Positions 42,063-52,700 of a stretch of DNA of 64,000 nt are shown here, piece after piece; position 1 is the first letter of the stretch, and each line of letters starts with the position of its first letter. A program made the translations under genes and the position numbers. The stretch comes from an uncultured Bacteroides sp. (GTDB lineage: Bacteria > Bacteroidota > Bacteroidia > Bacteroidales > Bacteroidaceae). The notes under the pieces are model-generated. The model did no database searches. It was not told the DNA's origin and saw nothing but the letters and a program-made list of their open reading frames with translations. Location: contig CAMTPH010000001.1 in assembly GCA_947074345.1 (NCBI GenBank), positions 48,650-112,649 on the forward strand. The letters run 5' to 3'.

Positions 42063-43400
42063 ATGGCTCAAAAACTTTGGGAGAAATCTGTTCAGGTTAA
42101 TCAAGAGATTGAACGATTCACCGTAGGACGTGATCGTGAAATGGATCTTTACTTAGCAAAATATGATGTCTTAGGTTCTATGGCACACATCACCATGCTC
42201 GAGAGTATTGGTTTGTTGACTAAAGAAGAACTTGATAGCCTGCTTGCTGAATTAAAAAATATATATGCTGAAGCCGATCGTGGCGACTTTGTTATAGAAG
42301 ATGGTGTTGAGGATGTACATTCTCAAGTAGAACTTCTATTGACAAGACGATTGGGTGATGTAGGAAAGAAGATACATAGTGGTCGTTCTCGCAATGATCA
42401 GGTGTTGCTTGATTTAAAATTATTCACTCGTGCACAATTAAAAGAGCTGGCAGAGCTTGTTCAAGATTTGTTTGCCGCACTACTTGCGCAGAGCGATAAA
42501 TATAAAGAGGTGTTGATGCCTGGCTATACGCATTTGCAAATAGCGATGCCATCATCATTTGGTTTGTGGTTTGGTGCATATGCAGAGAGTTTATTAGATG
42601 ATATGCTTTTCTTGCAAGCTGCTTATAAGATGTGTAATCGCAATCCATTAGGATCGGCAGCCGGTTATGGTTCATCATTTCCTTTAAATCGTACAATGAC
42701 TACTGAGTTATTGGGTTTCGACTCGATGAATTATAATGTAGTTTATGCACAAATGGGTCGTGGTAAACTAGAACGCAATGTTGCATTTGCGATGGCTACT
42801 ATTGCCGGTACTATCTCTAAGCTTGCTTACGATGCATGTTTGTTTAATAGTCAAAACTTTGGATTTGTGAAGTTGCCCGATGAATGTACCACCGGCTCAA
42901 GCATTATGCCTCACAAGAAGAATCCCGATGTATTTGAATTGACACGTGCTAAATGCAATAAGTTGCAGGCATTGCCACAACAAATCATGATGATTGCCAA
43001 TAATCTACCTTCAGGTTACTTCCGTGACTTACAAATTATAAAAGAAGTCTTCTTGCCAGCATTCCAGGAGTTGAAAGATTGCTTGCAGATGACTACTTAT
43101 ATCATTAATGAAATGAAGGTAAACGAGAACATCTTAGACGACGATAAATACTTGTTGATATTTAGTGTTGAAGAGGTGAATCGTCTAGCTCGCGAAGGTA
43201 TGCCATTCCGTGATGCTTACAAGAAAGTTGGTCTTGATATCGAAGCAGGACAATTTACACACAATAAGCAAGTGCAACATACACACGAGGGTAGCATTGG
43301 AAATCTTTGCAACGCAGAGATCTCTTTATTGATGCAACAGGTGGTTGATAATTTCAATTTCGATCAAGTTGCTGATGCTGAAAAGAAATTGCTGCAATAA
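42063..43400 (+). CDS. argH: Argininosuccinate lyase
   Basis: EDVHS, HSGRSRNDQ, MPGYTHLQ, GSSIMPHKKNPD. Confidence 0.97.
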   Translation: MAQKLWEKSVQVNQEIERFTVGRDREMDLYLAKYDVLGSMAHITMLESIGLLTKEELDSLLAELKNIYAEADRGDFVIEDGVEDVHSQVELLLTRRLGDVGKKIHSGRSRNDQVLLDLKLFTRAQLKELAELVQDLFAALLAQSDKYKEVLMPGYTHLQIAMPSSFGLWFGAYAESLLDDMLFLQAAYKMCNRNPLGSAAGYGSSFPLNRTMTTELLGFDSMNYNVVYAQMGRGKLERNVAFAMATIAGTISKLAYDACLFNSQNFGFVKLPDECTTGSSIMPHKKNPDVFELTRAKCNKLQALPQQIMMIANNLPSGYFRDLQIIKEVFLPAFQELKDCLQMTTYIINEMKVNENILDDDKYLLIFSVEEVNRLAREGMPFRDAYKKVGLDIEAGQFTHNKQVQHTHEGSIGNLCNAEISLLMQQVVDNFNFDQVADAEKKLLQ

Positions 43401-43870
43401 TGATGAACAAGATATTTGATAAATCTAAGTGGTTGTTGGCTTTTGTATGTTTTACAGTTTTAATGAGCTGTGGCGATACATACGAGTCAAGTATACCCTC
43501 TGTTCGTTTTAATCTAACATACAATACCAGTGTATTTCCTACAATTACTACTCCTGGCTATTTTGTCAAGGTAGAGCGAAATATCAACGGTATATCGGTA
43601 GGATATGCGGGTTTGCTATTAGGTAAATCACTCCTTTATTCTGAAATGGGTGATAACAACTACACTTGTTATGATGCTGCTTGTCCTGTTGAGGCTCAAA
43701 AAGGAGTATCTATCAATCTAATAGAAGGTGAACTCGGCAAGGCTGTTTGTCCTAAGTGCGAAACCGTTTATGATTTAAATAACTATGGTTTCCCAACAGG
43801 TGTTGGCAAAGAGTATCTAAAGAGATACCCCGTATCAGTAAATGGTACAACACTGATTGTGCAGAATTAG
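43400..43870 (+). CDS. Lipoprotein with Rieske-like/Cys-rich domain
   Basis: Lipobox LMSC; YTCYDAACPVE...AVCPKCETVYDL...G.P...LKRYPV; TAATG overlap with argH stop. Confidence 0.65.
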   Translation: MMNKIFDKSKWLLAFVCFTVLMSCGDTYESSIPSVRFNLTYNTSVFPTITTPGYFVKVERNINGISVGYAGLLLGKSLLYSEMGDNNYTCYDAACPVEAQKGVSINLIEGELGKAVCPKCETVYDLNNYGFPTGVGKEYLKRYPVSVNGTTLIVQN

Positions 43871-43893
43871 GTTTACTCAAAATATAAGATAAT

Positions 43894-43932
43894 AAAGGCA
43901 AGGTGTGGAATAATTCCACACCTTGCCTTTTT
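43894..43932 (+). terminator. Intrinsic terminator containing a GTGTGGAA-TAA-TTCCACAC palindrome
   Basis: AAAGGCAAGGTGTGGAA-TAA-TTCCACACCTTGCCTTTTT. Confidence 0.8.
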
Positions 43933-43975
43933 GTTTCTACACATTCCACACATCCATTATTTGTGGCATAGATGC

Positions 43976-44032
43976 TAAGTTGTTGATTATTAGTGATAAA
44001 CTATATTTGTATTCTTGTGGCACGTCGTTTGA
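43976..44032 (+). promoter_or_regulatory. sigma54 (-24/-12) promoter with upstream IHF-type site
   Basis: TGGCAC-GTCGT-TTGA at 44018-44032. 43976-43988 reads AATCAACAACTTA on minus, matching WATCAANNNNTTR. Confidence 0.7.
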
Positions 44033-44134
44033 ATATTAATTAGTGTGGATGACTGATAAACAATATATCACTAGTCACCCTCAAATAAGAAGATATAATA
44101 AATAAATAATTAATTCAATTAAAAACCAAACGTT

Positions 44135-44347
44135 ATGAAAAAGTTAATTTTATCTGTAACAATGTTTATGTTCGTGTGTGGATCATTTGTAGCAAACGCT
44201 CAAGAACCAGTTAAAACTGAACAACCAGCAACAGAACAAACAGAACAAGTTGCTGAAGAGCAAACAGAAGAAAAAACTGAAAAAGAAGAAAGCACTCAAG
44301 AAGCTCCTGCTCAAGAGGAAACTCAAGAAACAGAAGTTTCAGAATAA
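44135..44347 (+). CDS. Small secreted acidic low-complexity protein (70 aa)
   Basis: MKKLILSVTMFMFVCGSFVANA signal peptide, then E/Q/T-rich tail; A-rich RBS; own terminator. Confidence 0.8.
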   Translation: MKKLILSVTMFMFVCGSFVANAQEPVKTEQPATEQTEQVAEEQTEEKTEKEESTQEAPAQEETQETEVSE

Positions 44348-44365
44348 CTTTAATAAATTAGTTTC

Positions 44366-44410
44366 AAAAAAAACATCCCAACTTTTGTCTATTCCGGGGA
44401 TGTTTTTTTT
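44366..44410 (+). terminator. Terminator after small acidic protein
   Basis: AAAAAAAACATCCC...GGGATGTTTTTTTT. Confidence 0.75.
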
Positions 44411-44542
44411 GTTTTATACCTACTCCTTATTACTATCCACAACCTATCGTTTGCTCGTGTTTGAAAAAAAACGATAGTATAACTCACCTTTTGGGCGTTG
44501 TTTTTGTTATATGATATATACAATATCATAAATCGTATTGAC

Positions 44543-45724
44543 ATGAAACAATTGTTCCTTCTTTCCGCTATTCTTATCTTATTGATGAGTGCTTGTTCGC
44601 CTGATAAAAAAGATGAAGTAAACTTCTCTTTTAATGTATCGCCCGATAGTGAAGTACTTTTTTCCGAACTATTTGATAATGCCGAATATCGATTAATGTT
44701 GGCCAATGATAGTACTCCAATAAAGAGTATAAATCAATTGCGTGTGTCCAATCGTTATTTAGGTTTTATTGTAACCGAGACAGACAATGATGGGGTTTCA
44801 AAAACCTTGTATGTTCTCAATAAAGGCAAGTTTGATTTAAAGATAAAGCTGTGCGCACAAGGTAACGATCCTTATGAATATATGGAGTTGACCGATTATT
44901 CTCTATCTGATGAGAAAATTAAGTTCTTGGATAAAATAGGTAGAAAGATTTTGGTGTATGACTATGAAGGAACATTTCTCGAAAGAATAAATATTCCTTA
45001 TTCAGCTATATCATTCTACGATGTAGGCGATGGCGTCTATTGGTTTTATAATGATGCCGGTGTAACTAATGACCATAAATATCAGCTTGTCAACTTCAAT
45101 TGGAATAATGGATCTATTATCGGCGAATATCTGCTGACAGATCGTAATATGGTTACATCACTTAAGTCGTTGCCCGAAACCAACTTTTCTCATGTAGCAC
45201 ACGATTTGTTTTTCTATTCTTTTCCCGAGCAAATCATATATTCTCTAAACGATGATACATTTCATAATGCGTATACATTTGGATTCGGCGAACATAATGC
45301 TCCGAACGATTATTACAAGCAACATTTTAGTGGTCTAGCCAATTTTGTTAATAAGACAAATAAATTAGGTTACGTTTACTATATAAGCAATTTTGGAGTT
45401 AGCGACGATAATTTGGTTTTATCTTTCATGCAAAACAAAGTTCCATATATAGCCTTTGGCAATACCCAGACTAACTATTCTCGTTGTGGAAATATACTTG
45501 TCGACGATATTAACCATTTAAAAGGATTCAAGTTTAATGCTACCAATCAATTGTACATTGTCGAAAACAATTTATTATTTATGTTGATAGATGCCCAACA
45601 ATTAATTAACTCTTGTGATAATCAGAACTGTAAAGACTTTATTGACTACAATAAATTGACTACAGATTCTAAACCGCTATTGTTGATTTGTACTTTAAAG
45701 GAACAGTTCGATAAGAAGAATTAA
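44543..45724 (+). CDS. 6-bladed beta-propeller lipoprotein (BF3164/DUF5128-like)
   Basis: Lipobox LMSAC; QGNDPYEY...D and KILVYDYEGTFL propeller repeats. Start moved to MKQLF. Confidence 0.7.
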   Translation: MKQLFLLSAILILLMSACSPDKKDEVNFSFNVSPDSEVLFSELFDNAEYRLMLANDSTPIKSINQLRVSNRYLGFIVTETDNDGVSKTLYVLNKGKFDLKIKLCAQGNDPYEYMELTDYSLSDEKIKFLDKIGRKILVYDYEGTFLERINIPYSAISFYDVGDGVYWFYNDAGVTNDHKYQLVNFNWNNGSIIGEYLLTDRNMVTSLKSLPETNFSHVAHDLFFYSFPEQIIYSLNDDTFHNAYTFGFGEHNAPNDYYKQHFSGLANFVNKTNKLGYVYYISNFGVSDDNLVLSFMQNKVPYIAFGNTQTNYSRCGNILVDDINHLKGFKFNATNQLYIVENNLLFMLIDAQQLINSCDNQNCKDFIDYNKLTTDSKPLLLICTLKEQFDKKN

Positions 45725-45781
45725 GTGTGGTTTAATACATAATATCGTGTAGGTAATACAACCCATTTGTGGTGTAATACC

Positions 45782-45854
45782 TTTAGCGCGATAACTGTTA
45801 ACAGTTATCGCGCTAAATATATATGTTTAATCTGATAACTATTAACAGTTATCA
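45782..45854. repeat. 44-bp-period repeat with palindromic core GATAACTGTTAACAGTTATC
   Basis: Perfect 36-bp palindrome 45782-45817; cores at 45790 and 45834. Confidence 0.85.
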
Positions 45855-45938
45855 AGTCAAGTGTGATAATACAGATTCATAAATGAAAGGTAGCAGTGCA
45901 GTGTTGCTAAATACTTAGTAGATAAGTCTATCAACCAA

Positions 45939-47288
45939 CTATTCTAAGTTATATAGCTTCAACTTATTGTAAAGCGTTTTGCGGTCAATGTTCAAAAGTC
46001 GGGCAGCCTTACTCTTGTTGTTGTCTGCCTGTTTCAAGGCTTCCAGTATTTGTTCTTTCTCAGTCGTTTCATTTTTCAAACTAAGATTGCTTGCTTCCGA
46101 TGTGTCATTGCTAGCTTGGATACCCAATTCTACAGGGCCAATCAGTTGCGATTGAGTTAAGAGTGTAGCTCTTCTTATCACATTCTTCATCTCTCTAAGG
46201 TTGCCTGGCCAAGCATAGCTCATCAAGAGGTGCGAAGCCTCGTTTGTAAAGCCTTCAATACTTTTGTCCAATTCATTATTGGCTTGCTCTAAAAAGAAGT
46301 TGGCAAACAGTAAGATGTCGTCTTTACGTTCTTTGAGTGTAGGCATCTTTAAGGTGAATTCATTGATGCGATGATAAAGATCTTCTCTAAAAGTACCCTT
46401 TTCAATGGCCTTTTGCAAGTCCTCGTTGGTTGCCGATACAAGACGAATGTCTACTTGTATCTCCTTAGCCGAACCTACAGGACGTATTTTTCGCTCTTGT
46501 AGTGCGCGCAACAGTTGAATTTGTACTTCATAACTCAAGTTACCTATCTCATCCAAGAATACAGTTCCACCATTCGCCTCTTCGAAAGCCCCGGTTTTAT
46601 TGGCTAATGCACCCGTAAATGATCCTTTTAAATGGCCAAAAAACTCAGAAGCAGCCAGTTCTTTAGGAATGGCACCACAGTCTATTGCGATAAAAGGTTT
46701 GTCTTTGCGTGGACTTAGTTCGTGTATTCGTTTTGCTACATATTCTTTCCCTGTTCCGCTAGCACCATTTATCAGTACAGACATGTTTATAGGAGCCACC
46801 AATGCCACATGCGAATATAATTGCTTAGCAACTTTGCTTGTGCCTTCCAAATACCTATTGCTATCAGTTTGTGCAATAGTTTTTGTTTTCTTTTCTTTTT
46901 CGGGTAGGGTGTTTTGCTGACTAACTTTAGACGAATAGAGAGCTTCATCTATCTTCTTTAGCAGTTCGTCGGGGTTAACAGGCTTCGAAATATAGTCGTT
47001 GGCACCGAGCTTCATCGCCATTACGGCCGATTGAATTTCGGCATAGCTAGTCATAATGATAAAAGGGATTTTTAATCCATTATCATTCAGCCACACAAGT
47101 AGTTGAGTTCCATCTTCATCAGGAAGACGAAGGTCGGATAAGATAATATCAGGCTTTTGATTTTCGATTGCTTTCTTAGCTTTCGACACGCTACTTATTG
47201 TAGATGCATCAAACCCTTTCTTTCCCAGCCACGATTTAAGCATCGTTCCGAATGTAATATCATCTTCAACTATCAATATCTGTTTCAT
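45939..47288 (-). CDS. sigma54-dependent NtrC-family response regulator
   Basis: Receiver, GASGTGKE Walker A, SEFFGHLKGSFTGA (GAFTGA-like), FLDEI, WPGNLRE, Fis HTH. Promoter TACCTTTG 47314-47321 (minus). Confidence 0.95.
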   Translation of the reverse strand: MKQILIVEDDITFGTMLKSWLGKKGFDASTISSVSKAKKAIENQKPDIILSDLRLPDEDGTQLLVWLNDNGLKIPFIIMTSYAEIQSAVMAMKLGANDYISKPVNPDELLKKIDEALYSSKVSQQNTLPEKEKKTKTIAQTDSNRYLEGTSKVAKQLYSHVALVAPINMSVLINGASGTGKEYVAKRIHELSPRKDKPFIAIDCGAIPKELAASEFFGHLKGSFTGALANKTGAFEEANGGTVFLDEIGNLSYEVQIQLLRALQERKIRPVGSAKEIQVDIRLVSATNEDLQKAIEKGTFREDLYHRINEFTLKMPTLKERKDDILLFANFFLEQANNELDKSIEGFTNEASHLLMSYAWPGNLREMKNVIRRATLLTQSQLIGPVELGIQASNDTSEASNLSLKNETTEKEQILEALKQADNNKSKAARLLNIDRKTLYNKLKLYNLE

Positions 47289-47406
47289 ACTGTTTTATTA
47301 TGCAGAATTAGTGCAAAGGTAAATGCTTTTCAATGAAAAGCGTATATTTGCAAACTTAATATTAAATAATTGTGTTAACTATTTTGTTCACTCATTTAAT
47401 TGTTTC

Positions 47407-49716
47407 ATGAATCCATCTCGTTTTACAAGAGTAAAGATAATTTTTGGTTATGCGGTTTTATTAATCGTATTGTTGTTTGGTTTACTCTTTATAAGAAAAG
47501 AAATCAGAACAATTTCTAACACCGGAATGCAACAAGAGTTAATGACCGACAGCCTGATTCAGATTTTGGCTGAGAAAGATAAAAGCGTGTTGCAACTCAT
47601 TCAGTTGATGAACAAGGCAAACGAACAATCTTTGTCGACCAATGAGATTGAAAAGATAGTTGCTGAGCAAGATTCGGTTTTTACACAACAGCGTGTACAC
47701 AAAACAATTGTGGCAAAGCACGATACGGTAATCGCTAAACCTCCTCGAAAGAAATTCTTCAGACGGGTAGCCGATGTTTTTTCTCCTTCCAAGAAAGATA
47801 CCTCTGTGGTTGTTAATACTGTTTACGAGATATCGGTCGATACCGTATTGAGTGATATCAACCCTGCCGACTCATTGCATCAACGTATTTTAAAGGCGAA
47901 TGTAGCAAATAAAGAGAAGAGAGTGAGGACTGCTCAGCGCAATAGTGCTTATTTTAAACGGTTGAACCAAGAGCTGACTGCGCGTATTGATAGTATTATG
48001 TTGTCTTACGAGTCGAATATCGCTCAGCAAGCCAATGCCATGGCCGAGCGCGAAGATGCTATTCGCAATAGAGTAACTCGTATCTTGCGCAATATTGCTG
48101 TAGGCGCTATTGTATTGGCTTTGATATTTATAATTGTTGCCTGGAGAGAATTATCACGTAGCAATCGTTATCGTAAGGAGTTGGAAGAGGCCAATCGCAA
48201 AGCTGCCGAATTGCTTGAGTCGCGCGAGAAACTGATGTTGGCTATCACTCACGATATCAAAGCTCCATTGGGTTCAATTATCGGATACTTAGATTTACTG
48301 AGCCACTCTATCACCGAAAAGAATGAATCAATCTATATTCAAAATATGCAATACTCTTCGGCTCATCTATTAAGATTGGTCAATGATTTGCTCGATTTTC
48401 ATCGGTTAGATTTGAATAAGATGGAGGTTAATAGGGAGAGTTTTAACCCATACCAGTTGTTCGAAGAATTACATATTAGTTTTACTCCATTGGTGCAATC
48501 CAAACATTTGGAGTTTCTGTTTTCGCAATCAGAAGAGCTGAATCGTTATTACGTGAGCGATCCACAACGACTTCGTCAGATATTGACTAACTTAATATCA
48601 AATGCCATTAAGTTTACTCAAGAGGGTAGTGTTAGTTTCACAGCCGAATATCACCAATCAACCTTGGTGGTGAAAATAGCTGATACCGGTATGGGGATGA
48701 CTAAAGAGCAGCAGAAATTGATATTTAATGAATTTACTCGTTTGCCTCAAGCTCAAGGACAAGAGGGGTTTGGATTAGGATTGTCTATTGTGAAGAAACT
48801 AATCACTCTGCTCGAAGGTAATATTGAAGTGAGGAGCGAACTGAATGAAGGTACTGTGTTTATTGTTACTTTGCCTTTGTATCCGGTGCCAGGTAGTATT
48901 CTTGCGGCAAAGAGTGAGAAGCGAACTGATGAAGCATTGGATGATGCATCTTTAAAATCTATTTCGGTGATTATTATAGACGATGATTTGATGCAACTGA
49001 ATTACACCCAACAGATGCTAATGAAACATGGTATTGATGCTGTTTGTTGCAGTCAAGTTGATCAGTTGTTGGATGAGCTTCGTCATAATCTATTTGATGT
49101 GTTGATAACAGATATTCAAATGCCTGCCATCAATGGCTTTGACTTATTGGCTTTGCTTCGTTCGTCTAATATAGGTCAATCAAAAGAGATTCCTGTTATT
49201 GCCGTTACGGCTCGCAGCGAGATGAAAGAGGAACAGTTTATTGAGAGTGGATTTGTAGGATGTTTGCACAAACCATTTACGGTAATAGAATTGTTGAAGT
49301 TGCTCAAAAGAGTGGATGCTGAGTTTAAATGTACTTCAGCAATGGTGGACAATCAGGTAGAAGAGGGTAGGGATAATGGTAAATTTGATTTCGCTGCTCT
49401 ATTAGCTTTTACTGAAAACGATAAGGAAGAGGAGCGCGCAATATTGACAACATTTATAAAAGAAACGCAAAATGACATTTCAATTATTGAGGATGCTTTA
49501 CATAAAAATAACTTAACAGTATTGAAAGCTAAAGCACATAAGTTACTTCCTTTGTTTACCATGCTTAAAGCTGATGAATTAATCAATATATTGTTATGGA
49601 CCGAAAAGTATGATGGTGATGATTTGAATGATACATTTGTTAATGAGATGAATAAGATGGTAACTTTTCTTTATGATAGTATAAGAGAGGCCGAAAAGTA
49701 TTTGCAAAACCGTTAA
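47407..49716 (+). CDS. Hybrid sensor histidine kinase (HK-REC-Hpt-like)
   Basis: Two TM; HDIKAPL, NLISNAIKFT, DTGMG, GFGLGL; receiver TDIQMP; C-terminal AHKLLP Hpt-like region. Promoter TATATTTG 47343-47350, so start moved to MNPSR. Confidence 0.92.
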   Translation: MNPSRFTRVKIIFGYAVLLIVLLFGLLFIRKEIRTISNTGMQQELMTDSLIQILAEKDKSVLQLIQLMNKANEQSLSTNEIEKIVAEQDSVFTQQRVHKTIVAKHDTVIAKPPRKKFFRRVADVFSPSKKDTSVVVNTVYEISVDTVLSDINPADSLHQRILKANVANKEKRVRTAQRNSAYFKRLNQELTARIDSIMLSYESNIAQQANAMAEREDAIRNRVTRILRNIAVGAIVLALIFIIVAWRELSRSNRYRKELEEANRKAAELLESREKLMLAITHDIKAPLGSIIGYLDLLSHSITEKNESIYIQNMQYSSAHLLRLVNDLLDFHRLDLNKMEVNRESFNPYQLFEELHISFTPLVQSKHLEFLFSQSEELNRYYVSDPQRLRQILTNLISNAIKFTQEGSVSFTAEYHQSTLVVKIADTGMGMTKEQQKLIFNEFTRLPQAQGQEGFGLGLSIVKKLITLLEGNIEVRSELNEGTVFIVTLPLYPVPGSILAAKSEKRTDEALDDASLKSISVIIIDDDLMQLNYTQQMLMKHGIDAVCCSQVDQLLDELRHNLFDVLITDIQMPAINGFDLLALLRSSNIGQSKEIPVIAVTARSEMKEEQFIESGFVGCLHKPFTVIELLKLLKRVDAEFKCTSAMVDNQVEEGRDNGKFDFAALLAFTENDKEEERAILTTFIKETQNDISIIEDALHKNNLTVLKAKAHKLLPLFTMLKADELINILLWTEKYDGDDLNDTFVNEMNKMVTFLYDSIREAEKYLQNR

Positions 49717-49774
49717 TCAATTATTGAATATATTTGTTTATTTTTGTATCCTTTATAGAGTGGATTACAACTGA

Positions 49775-52700
49775 ATGAAAAGACGAAGAAGAATATTAAA
49801 GTGGATAGGATGGATTATCCTTACCCCCATACTACTTTTTATTACTATCATGATACTGCTTTATGTGCCCCCGGTGCAAAACTTATTGCGTAAGGTAGTC
49901 AACAAAGAGGTATCAAAAGCAATCGGTATGGACTTGAATGTTGGTCGTATCGATTTACGATTTCCACTAAATCTGTTAGTGCGTGATGTTGATGTTGTTC
50001 AACACCCCGATACATTGCTTACTCTTGGTAGCTTAAATGTTCGTGTACAACTAATGCCTTTGTTTAAAGGGCAAATAGATGTAGATAAAGTTGCTTTGGA
50101 TGATGTGAAAGTAAACTCAGCCAACTTGATTGATGGAATGAAAATTCAAGGCGAGCTGGGACATTTCTTCTTGAAAAGCCATGGCATTAATCTTTCTAAA
50201 GAAGAGGCTTTGGTTAATCTTGTCGAATTATCGGATACTCGTATTAAGCTTACTCTTAATGATACAACTACTACCGAGAAGGTAGACACGACTTCTACGA
50301 AAGTAAATTGGAAGTTTGATATTACTTCTGTTAACTTGAAAGATGTTGCTTTCGAGATGGATACGCCGGTCGATACTACAACAATGTCTGCTCGTTTAGA
50401 TATCTTAAATATCAACGATGTATCTGTCGATCTTGGTAATGAGTCTTATGGATTGCGTAAACTTCTATTAGACAATGGCTCTTTTAAGATGAATACGGGT
50501 ACGGCCAAACCTTCGGTAGGCTTTGATCCTTCGCATCTTGCTCTTAATCAAATTAAAATAGATATCGATTCGGTTCTTTATCATGGACATGATATAAAGG
50601 CTGTTATCAATGAGTGCTCTATGTATGAACGTTCGGGACTAACTATCTCTTCGATGACTACTCGTGTTTTCTCAGATAGTACTTTGATTAAAGTTCCCTA
50701 TTTTAATCTGCTAACTCCACATTCACAAATAAACTTCTCAGCTCAAACATACTGGGAACTAATTAATATCCCTACTGATGGTCATTTGAGCGCTCGCTTT
50801 GATGCACAGATAGGAAAGCAAGATGTGTTACTCTTTGCTGGCGATATGCCCGATAAGTTTAAAGAAGCTTACCCTTTCAGACCATTAATAATTCAGGCAG
50901 GTACTGAGGGTAACTTAAAACAAATGCAGATATCGCGTATTCGTGTTGATTTGCCTGGTGCATTTTCTATCAATGGTGGTGGCGAACTCTATAACTTAAC
51001 TGATTCATTAAAACGAAGCGCTAATGTTGATTTGCAAATGCAAACTCAAAACTTAGGCTTCTTGACTACTCTTGCCGATATGCAACCGGGTGATCCTTTG
51101 GTTATTCCTGATAATATGTTTATGGACATGCGTCTTACAATGGAAGGACCTCAGCTAGATGCAAATATGTTGTTGCGTGAGGGAGTGGGTAGTCTAATTC
51201 TCCAAGCGGGCCTTAACTTAACCAGTGAAGAGTATAAGGCTAATCTACAGATTAACGATTTTCAAGTGGATAACTTCTTGCCTAAAGACTCGATATATGG
51301 TGTGACTGCTAAATTCGATGTTACTGGTAAAGGATTGAATCCTGTATTACCTAAATCGACTGCTAATCTGAATGCTTCAATCGATAAATTGCAATATACT
51401 AAGTTTAATATATCTGGTATAACTTTAGATGCTACTATCAAGAATGCGATTGCTCAAGCAAACATTATTAGTGACAACTCTTTGCTTAAAATGAAGGCAG
51501 AGGCTGAATATAATTTAGCAAGTAGCGTACCTCAAGGTAAAGCCGATTTGAATGTAGCATATGTCAACTTAACTGAATTAGGTATTCTGAAACAACCGCT
51601 GAAGAAGGACTTAGCATTTACATTACACGGACAGTTAGCAAAGGATAGTATTGCTGTAGACTTTGCATCAGGTGACTTGAAACTTGATTTCGGTTCTTAT
51701 GATGGGTTGGATGTGCTAATCAAAAAGAGTACGGTATTGGGCAAAACCATTGCTCGCCAACTAGATGAACATGAACTGGATATTGATAAGCTTCGTGCTC
51801 TTCTTCCCGATCTGTTCTTAAATGTATCAGCAGGTAAGAATAATGCTTTGGCGTGGTTCCTTGATACAAAGAAGATGTCATACAAGGATATTGGTATTAA
51901 TTTAGATATAAATGATATTGATGGTATCAATGGAGATTTGGCAATACACGCATTCAAAATAGATACGTTGCAACTTGATACAATCTATTTTGATATTAAG
52001 CAAGATACAACTTGTATCGCTATGGATGGTGGAGTTATTAATGGACCTAAAAATCCTCATATTGCTTTCAGTTCTAACCTTGGACTAAAACTGTGCAATG
52101 AAGATGTGCAATTGATGATCGACTATAAAGATGGTAAGGGCAAAACAGGTATCTTGTTTGGAGTAAATGCACGTTCTTTAACCGAAGGTCATGGTAAAGG
52201 CAATGGGTTAATATTTACTCTTCTTCCAGAGAAGCCAATCTTTGCTTTCAATCAGTTCCAATTTGAAGATAATAAGAACTGGATATATCTACATAAGAAT
52301 AAACGTGTTTATGCCAATGTTGATATGCGCGATCAGGAAGGTGTCGGGGTAAGTATTCAATCATTACCAACTGATACTGTCTCTTTACAAAATATAGATG
52401 TTGAGTTGCGCAATATTGAATTGGCTAATATATTTAAGGTAATACCTTACATGCCCAATATAACCGGTTTGTTTAGTGTTGAATGTCATTATGTTCAAAC
52501 AACTGAAAGCTTACAATTATCTGCCGAAGCTACAATCGATTCGCTTACTTATGAAAAACAACATGTAGGTGATTTGAGTATTGGTGCTTCTTGGCTGCCT
52601 GGTGAAAATGGAAAACAATATGTAACAACTTATCTAGACCACAACAACAAGGAAGTATTGACTGCTGATGGTGCATTATATCCTACAGTTCATAAAAAGG

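Noticed and set aside
45782-45854. 44-bp repeats as a CRISPR array or as sites for the GATAAC-box regulator
   Set aside because: There are only two units per locus and the spacers resemble each other. GATAAC here is inverted and at gene 3' ends, unlike the 11-bp direct repeats at promoters.
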